The notes beneath the pieces are model-generated. The model made no database searches. It was given only the letters and a program-made list of their open reading frames with translations, and had not been told where the DNA came from. 64,000 nucleotides of DNA from Candidatus Latescibacterota bacterium (lineage in GTDB: Bacteria > Latescibacterota > UBA2968 > UBA8231), in the NCBI GenBank assembly GCA_965217585.1, contig OZ244561.1, positions 6,912,001-6,976,000 on the forward strand, written 5' to 3'. Position numbers and translations under genes: made by a program. Numbering within the stretch: position 1 is the first letter of the stretch; the number at the start of each line of letters is the position of its first letter. This document shows, piece after piece, positions 57,944 through 64,000 of the stretch.

Positions 57944-60634
57944 ATGGTATCTTCTGAGCACATAAAAATGGGCCTTCTATTACTCGTCGGCCTGTGGTGT
58001 CTGAGACCGGAGCCAGTGGTGGGCCAACCCGACTACGGCACCCGTCTAGGCTTGCAACAGGGGGGCCAGTGGCGCCACTTGCCACAGGGAAGCAGACCTA
58101 TGCTGGAGGTGGTGGATCCGCTAATCCGCAAGTGGTACTTGCCCCAGGAATTGTACGCGGAATACCGCTGGCGGCAGTGGGAGTCCACCAATTACGCCCG
58201 GGAATTCTACGGTCGCTATGTCGAAACCGATCTGGCAGGGGATTACTTCTACGATTTATACGGCAATTTTCTGACCCAGGGGTGGCTGATCTTCAACGCC
58301 GGCCAGACCAGCCCCGCAGAAAATGGCCATGTGCTGTTCAAGGGCCAGAAGTTCAGCGAGTGGTTTTCCGATGTGGTCATCGCCTCCGAACAAAAGGGCC
58401 AGTATCACTATGCCCTGACCGCGAGCAATGATCTGCGCATCATCTTCACTCCCCTGGTCCTGTCCAAAATCCGGTTCTCGGCGATCCAGTTCGACGCCTC
58501 GACGGACAAGTACAAGACCACGCTGTTCTATTCCCAAGGTGCGCTGCGCGGGAGGACGGATACCGAGCGGCTCCGCACCAATTCCACCACCTTGATGGGA
58601 GGACGTCTCGTCGCCCAGGTGGGGGATTTCACGGAAATAGGATTCCACCTAGTCAATGCCCACCAGTCCAACAGTCTGGACGGCAAGCTGGTGAGCAACC
58701 TCGTGGCGGGCTCCCTGACAGAGGGGCAGAACAAGGTGATTTCCTCCATCGAAATCGAGTTGCGGGACGATTCGCCCGCAGACGGCAGGGGTGGGGCGGC
58801 CTTTTTCCCGGCCGGTTCGGACATTTTCATAACCTATCGGGACGGCACTCAGGATGCGGGCAAGGACATCCGCTTTGAGCCGATCGTGGAAGGTGGGTTG
58901 GCCCGGGAAGGCTCGATTTCCGCCAACGGCGACGATACAATCCGCCTGATCTACGACTTTACCAGCCCGGCCTTTGTCAACCGGGCCCACGCCGACCGAT
59001 CCGAAATCGTCGCGGTCGAGTTCCAGCTAGCCCTGGCCAACGATTTTCAGGTCTGGATTAGTTCGGATCGGCAAACCGACAGGGTGGGCACCCCGGTGTT
59101 CCTGCTAGTGGAACGAGCCGAGGGCAATGTCCAGGACAAATCCAACCTGCGCCTCGTCAACTTTGAATACGGTCTGCCCACCGCCACCCACCTTCTCGGC
59201 GGGACCCTGAAAGTGCAGGATGTGTGGGGTATCGATCTGTATGGAGAGTACGACCTGAACTGGAACTACCGCAAGTACCCCAATCCGCAGGAAGAGACGC
59301 ACAAGACCTCTGCGGGTATCAGAGGCAAGCGCAAAGTACCAGCCTGGATGTTGAATTTGTCCAAAGAGGCCTATCCATTCTCTTTTTTTGCGGAACTCTA
59401 CAACATAGATCCCCTCTACGGTACCCAGACCTTCATCACTGCGAGCGACGGCACCATGGACTATGCCAACGAGCGCCGGCGCCTAGACCTGGTGGAGGAC
59501 AATGACGACCAAGATCGCTTCCCCGATACACCCCGCTTTGACACAGCACTTATCGCCCAAGCGGGAGAACGTCAGACCGTGGATCTCCAGGTATTCCCCG
59601 GCTGGGACAGGAACGGCGATTTCCTCCCGGATTTCAATCAGAACGACAGCAAACTCAAGCCCAATTCCATTCCCGACTATGATGAACCCTTTCTGCGCTT
59701 TCGGGTAGATCGGCCGGAGTTCCTCTTCGGGGTGGACATGAACCACAATTTCTGGGCCGATCTCTACGAGAACGACACCGTGCCCGACTATCCCTACCGC
59801 GTGGATCACCGCGGCTTCAACCTCTTTGGCGGGGTCCACCTGACGCCGCAACTGGAACTGAAGATAGGAGGCATGCGCGAGCAGTTGATCGCCTCGGAAC
59901 AGAAGAATTACAGCAACTATGGCCTACTGAAATTCGCTGGCAAATCACCGCGCTGGGGCTATTTGCGCCTCTTCGAGATGATGCAGTGGGTAGAAGATGA
60001 TATCCCCGATCCGCTGTTGCAGTGGGCCCCGGACAATACCGTGGATGGCGGGCGTCTGCAAGAGCTGGAAGATCCGCTTCTAGCGCGGGATACTTGGATC
60101 AACCAGTTCTTCGTTGGGTACAGCCTGAAGGTCGAGGCCCTAGAACTAGTGAACAAGGTACATTACGTATACTTCCGCCAGTTGATGGAGCAAAGCCGGC
60201 GCTTGCGCTTCGGGTTGGACAAGTCGGACTTTTTCTTTGGCCTGATCAACAAGGCGAGTTACCGCTACCGCCTGGGGCACCTGACCCTAGAACCGCGCTG
60301 GAAGAGCGAGTACCTAGACCAGAGCCGCAACCTGTTTGATGCCCGAGATCAAAAGACCCTCACCGAGCTGTTTTCCGGTCTGGTCGAGATGAGGCTGATG
60401 CACGCCTCTTCCCTGCAGATGGGGATCGAGTACCTGCTCTCCACGGATTTCCACGGCCGGGAGCGAGATTTCACCACCCTGAGCGGGGGGGTGCAGTTCG
60501 CCAATGAATCCAGCTACCTAGGCTACGTACTCAAAACCCTGACCGGGTTCGTGATAGAGCGCAAAGATCCCAAAGGACGAGATCCCACCACCGCGGTCCA
60601 GTCCTTTATCACCGTGTATGCAGGCATGGAGTAA
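57944..60634 (+). CDS. Large exported hypothetical protein, predicted outer-membrane beta-barrel, paralog B
   Basis: Colinear with 51148: GQPDYGTRLG, LRDDSPADGRGGAAFF, RPEFLFGVD, EPRWKSE, SFITVYAGME. Confidence 0.65.
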   Translation: MVSSEHIKMGLLLLVGLWCLRPEPVVGQPDYGTRLGLQQGGQWRHLPQGSRPMLEVVDPLIRKWYLPQELYAEYRWRQWESTNYAREFYGRYVETDLAGDYFYDLYGNFLTQGWLIFNAGQTSPAENGHVLFKGQKFSEWFSDVVIASEQKGQYHYALTASNDLRIIFTPLVLSKIRFSAIQFDASTDKYKTTLFYSQGALRGRTDTERLRTNSTTLMGGRLVAQVGDFTEIGFHLVNAHQSNSLDGKLVSNLVAGSLTEGQNKVISSIEIELRDDSPADGRGGAAFFPAGSDIFITYRDGTQDAGKDIRFEPIVEGGLAREGSISANGDDTIRLIYDFTSPAFVNRAHADRSEIVAVEFQLALANDFQVWISSDRQTDRVGTPVFLLVERAEGNVQDKSNLRLVNFEYGLPTATHLLGGTLKVQDVWGIDLYGEYDLNWNYRKYPNPQEETHKTSAGIRGKRKVPAWMLNLSKEAYPFSFFAELYNIDPLYGTQTFITASDGTMDYANERRRLDLVEDNDDQDRFPDTPRFDTALIAQAGERQTVDLQVFPGWDRNGDFLPDFNQNDSKLKPNSIPDYDEPFLRFRVDRPEFLFGVDMNHNFWADLYENDTVPDYPYRVDHRGFNLFGGVHLTPQLELKIGGMREQLIASEQKNYSNYGLLKFAGKSPRWGYLRLFEMMQWVEDDIPDPLLQWAPDNTVDGGRLQELEDPLLARDTWINQFFVGYSLKVEALELVNKVHYVYFRQLMEQSRRLRFGLDKSDFFFGLINKASYRYRLGHLTLEPRWKSEYLDQSRNLFDARDQKTLTELFSGLVEMRLMHASSLQMGIEYLLSTDFHGRERDFTTLSGGVQFANESSYLGYVLKTLTGFVIERKDPKGRDPTTAVQSFITVYAGME

Positions 60635-60640
60635 AGCTCT

Positions 60641-63600
60641 ATGCGCGAGCAAAAACAATACAATGGGCGCAGGGCTTGGGCAGTCTCCTTCGTCTGCCTG
60701 CTGGGCCATCTCAATCCCGTCGTCGCCCAGCAGGGCTACAGCATTGTGGGCGGCCAGATCGTCGTGCAGCAGCGCCAGCACTGGAAAAACTGGAAGACCC
60801 CCTCCCATCTGGTCCGCATTGACCGAGCCGGCGGGGTCAGCGCCCGCACCCTGCGCTCGGTGTTCAATGTGTTGGAGGACAAAACATTCGGACGTCCGGT
60901 GCAAATCGATAGTAAAAAGCCGCGCATCATGAACATCGACAGCACCTTGAAGCTGGATGCTTTGGGGAATCCGCTGACCAATACATCGGGCCAACAAATC
61001 TTCGACTATCTGGTGCGGCCGGGAGTCAGCCGAGCGGGTTCCAACCCTCACCTAGCGGCCAATATCGCGGACGGGGATCCGCATACTTTCTGGGAGCCCG
61101 ACCCGGATGATCCGCTCGAAGAGTGGTGGATCGAGGTGGACTTGGGTCGGGTAGTGCCACTGGAGCGGCTGCGGCTGCGGTTTGTGGAGGAGGACATGGG
61201 GGATCCCTTCCTGCGCTTCGTCCTCTTACTGGCGGCGAAGCAAAACCTCTTTTTGGAAGAAGGAGACCAACTCGCCTTTGAGAGCTTTCTTCCCTTTGAG
61301 GGGTTCAACACCACTCGGCGGGAGTTCACCTTTGACGCCGACCGGGTCAGCCCGGAACTGCCCCCGGACCCGCTGGCCGCGGCGGACAAAACCCTAGGGT
61401 GGGGGGACGTCCCTATTTCCCTGACATCTACCGCTGGCGAGGGACCGGATCCCTCGTGGACCGGAAGACTAGTCGAAACCGTCCGCATCGTAATCACGGA
61501 CGCGCGCAGGGGCCGGGCCGAACAGATCGACGAGGACGAGTGGGAGAGCTTGCCGCGAGCCGAGCGCGGGGACATTGTTCACTTCCTCCAGGACGCCGGG
61601 TACGAAGAGCCCGTGGACGCAGCGACCTACGCCTCTCTACCGCAGGACCGGCAGGGCCGCAAGGAGTACTACCGCCGCGAACGACCCCGGCTGGCCGAGG
61701 TCGAAGCCTGGGGCTGGGGGGACGACATTGGCCAGTCCCTAGTCGAAGGCGGTGGCTCCATCCACTTCAGCAATCCAGTCACTATTCCGGGCATGCTCTT
61801 CGACGGCAACTACGGCACCTCCGTTAATGTCCAAACCATTTCCCCACGCGAGCCAGGCTTGAACGTGCTGACCTTGGACTTAGGGGGCTCGGTATGGCTG
61901 GATCATATCCTCATCGTCGGTTCTACCCCGCCGCGCGGTTATGCGATCCGGGGATCTTCCGGCGAGCGCAATGCGCAGGGCGATCTCCAGTGGGAACCCA
62001 TTACCTCCCTAGAGCGGGAGACCAATGTGCATGGCGGCAATTTTCGCCTGCTAGTGGACCGCCTAGAGCCGGCCCGCCCGATTTCTTTTATCGAGATGGT
62101 CACCCTGCCCATCCGGCTGAATGCCACAGAGTGGGTCGGCAGTATGTGGCCACGGCTGTTCAATATCATGCTTTTCTCCAAGGGACCGCCGGCCGCAGTG
62201 GTGCTGGAATCCGACCAGATCGAGTTGCCCGGACTCTTCACCCTGGGCGCGGTGAACTGGGAGGCAGACGCGCCGCCGGGCTCCGAGGTGGAAATCCGCA
62301 CCCGCAGCGGCAACCAACTGCTCGAGCGCATCCGCTACTTCGACAAGACCGGCAACGAGAAGACCGCCAAGGAATACGCAGAGACCGCCTCTTTCTTCAA
62401 GGGACCGAGCGATACCTCGCTGGTGGTCGGCCCGGGCTGGAGCTCTTGGAGCCAGAAGTACCGCACCCCGGGCGAAATCGCCACCTCGCCGGGGTTGCGC
62501 CGTTTTGTCCAGATCCAGGCCAGCCTCCTCAGCCACGACCGCCAAGCCGTACCCGTACTAAAAAAAATCACCGTGGACCTTCAGCCCCCCCTGGCGCAGA
62601 GCCTAGGAGCCGAGGTCTGGCCCGAGCGCACGGTCGCCGGCCTGCTGGACACCTTTGAGGTGTTTGTCCAGCCCCGGTTTCTGGAAGCCCCCCTCAATCT
62701 CCGCAACCTGGGCTTCGACGAGGTGCTGCTGCACTCCGAGCCAGCGCTGGATCTGCGCCTAGTAGACGCGGCCTTGGGCACCGAAGAGGAATTAGAACAG
62801 GACCAACCAATCCTGCTCTTCGCCCAGCCACATGCCGAGGGACTGGAGAGCGCCGATGGCCAAGTTATGCAGATCCTCAACCAAAGCGACTCCCTGTGGG
62901 TGCGCTTTCCCCAAATCGTGCACAGCGCCGAGGAACTGACCCGACTGTATTACCGTGCGGTGCATCCCGGGGAGGAAGTGCCCACCAGTCTGGGTGGAGA
63001 ACTGCTGACGGTACACAGCCACGCTCAGCTCCCGCTCGAAGAGCGCGGTGCCGTGCGCTACTTCCGCAAGGTGCAGAGCGGGGAAGAGGTGAGGCTGGAA
63101 GAGGTGGGCCCGGATACCTATGAAGGCCTGCCCCCCACCGAGCAGGGACCGATCCGCTACTTCCGCAAGGTGGCGGGGGTGGGAGACCAGTCCCTGTTCA
63201 ACGCCCAAGGGGATACCCTAAATGCCGTGCAGCACAGAGGCCTGAGACGAAACGAGCGCGGCTGGGTGGTGGGTACGGGGCGACTGTTGCGCCTGCGCTT
63301 CAGTGCAGTGGTTTATCTGCAGAGCACCCTGCTGAAGGTGGCAGTGCGCAACAGCGGGACCGAGTCGACTTGGCAAGAGGCCCAAGGCCGGGATGTCACA
63401 GTCTTGCGGCCGGCGGAAACTCTGGCCATAGGGATAGACGGGGCGGGCCCAACCATCACCGACGTGGGGATTGCGCCCAACCCCTTTACTCCCAACGGGG
63501 ACGGGGTCAACGATGCGGCGCAGATCCAGTTCGCGCTCTTCAAGATCTACGCGGCCCGGCCGGTGGTCGTCCGGCTCTATAGCCTAGATGGCCGGCAAGT

Positions 63601-63772
63601 GCGGTGGCTGGAGGCGCAGGGGGTAGGAGGACGGCATCAATTCACCTGGGACGGTCGGGATCACAGTGGCAACCTGGTAGCCCCTGGGCTCTACCTGTGT
63701 CAGATTGAGGTGGAGGCGGATGCGGATATCAGTGGGCGCAGGCGCACCCACCTGATCGCCGTGGCTTATTGA
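60641..63772 (+). CDS. Large secreted protein with discoidin-like domains and C-terminal FlgD-Ig / T9SS type-B-like domain
   Basis: Signal peptide; DGDPHTFW..WIEVDLGR; PNPFTPNGDGVND...YSLDGRQVR...WDGRD..G..VAPGLY. Confidence 0.78.
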   Translation: MREQKQYNGRRAWAVSFVCLLGHLNPVVAQQGYSIVGGQIVVQQRQHWKNWKTPSHLVRIDRAGGVSARTLRSVFNVLEDKTFGRPVQIDSKKPRIMNIDSTLKLDALGNPLTNTSGQQIFDYLVRPGVSRAGSNPHLAANIADGDPHTFWEPDPDDPLEEWWIEVDLGRVVPLERLRLRFVEEDMGDPFLRFVLLLAAKQNLFLEEGDQLAFESFLPFEGFNTTRREFTFDADRVSPELPPDPLAAADKTLGWGDVPISLTSTAGEGPDPSWTGRLVETVRIVITDARRGRAEQIDEDEWESLPRAERGDIVHFLQDAGYEEPVDAATYASLPQDRQGRKEYYRRERPRLAEVEAWGWGDDIGQSLVEGGGSIHFSNPVTIPGMLFDGNYGTSVNVQTISPREPGLNVLTLDLGGSVWLDHILIVGSTPPRGYAIRGSSGERNAQGDLQWEPITSLERETNVHGGNFRLLVDRLEPARPISFIEMVTLPIRLNATEWVGSMWPRLFNIMLFSKGPPAAVVLESDQIELPGLFTLGAVNWEADAPPGSEVEIRTRSGNQLLERIRYFDKTGNEKTAKEYAETASFFKGPSDTSLVVGPGWSSWSQKYRTPGEIATSPGLRRFVQIQASLLSHDRQAVPVLKKITVDLQPPLAQSLGAEVWPERTVAGLLDTFEVFVQPRFLEAPLNLRNLGFDEVLLHSEPALDLRLVDAALGTEEELEQDQPILLFAQPHAEGLESADGQVMQILNQSDSLWVRFPQIVHSAEELTRLYYRAVHPGEEVPTSLGGELLTVHSHAQLPLEERGAVRYFRKVQSGEEVRLEEVGPDTYEGLPPTEQGPIRYFRKVAGVGDQSLFNAQGDTLNAVQHRGLRRNERGWVVGTGRLLRLRFSAVVYLQSTLLKVAVRNSGTESTWQEAQGRDVTVLRPAETLAIGIDGAGPTITDVGIAPNPFTPNGDGVNDAAQIQFALFKIYAARPVVVRLYSLDGRQVRWLEAQGVGGRHQFTWDGRDHSGNLVAPGLYLCQIEVEADADISGRRRTHLIAVAY

Positions 63773-63784
63773 AAGGAGGAGGAC

Positions 63785-64000
63785 ATGCCCTACCGGACTG
63801 GTTTTCTATGCTGGGTCTTCTCGCTGGTCTTTTCCAGCAGTCTGTGGGGACGGGCCGAGTTCCACCTAGGTGGCCCCGAGGGCATGCTGTGGGAAGATCT
63901 TCTCACCCCGGGCCGGGAAGGCCGCTATGTGGTGCTGGATGCCGACGGCAATATCCTCGAGGAGTTGCCCCTGACCGTGATAGGGGAACAGGCCAGCGGC
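63785..64000 (+). CDS. 5' part of another secreted protein (runs off the window)
   Basis: AAAGGAGGAGG RBS; MPYRTGFLCWVFSLVFSSSLWG signal then EFHLGGPEG..W, similar to the mature start LRFGQGEQVTW of 55854. Confidence 0.65.
   Translation, partial: MPYRTGFLCWVFSLVFSSSLWGRAEFHLGGPEGMLWEDLLTPGREGRYVVLDADGNILEELPLTVIGEQASG

Overview
GC-rich bacterial genomic window with about 50 genes and no rRNA, tRNA or CRISPR array that I could see. The gene families (many Gfo/Idh/MocA, PhyH, ASPIC/FG-GAP, DUF6785-type, FlgD-Ig/T9SS-like C-termini, a C-terminal 'WGQLK' tail) suggest an FCB-related lineage such as Latescibacterota or Poribacteria; this is inference. From left to right: an AT-rich segment with a complete IS903-group IS5 element (16-bp IRs, 9-bp target duplication); a circularly permuted ATP-grasp/alpha-E/transglutaminase operon; a CDP-alcohol phosphotransferase/flippase/DUF3047/GT4 operon; two TA modules; many catabolic enzymes; orphan sensor modules; tandem TlpA paralogs; and several decayed genes. 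The most interesting part is the co-oriented cluster from 49.3 kb to the window end. It holds a PPIase lipoprotein, two paralogous ~890-aa predicted outer-membrane proteins, a GT-C/TPR membrane protein and large secreted proteins with T9SS type-B-like 'TPNGDGVND' C-termini. This is a candidate undescribed surface-protein export/display system. There is also a mutational footprint consistent with CCWGG (Dcm-like) methylation.
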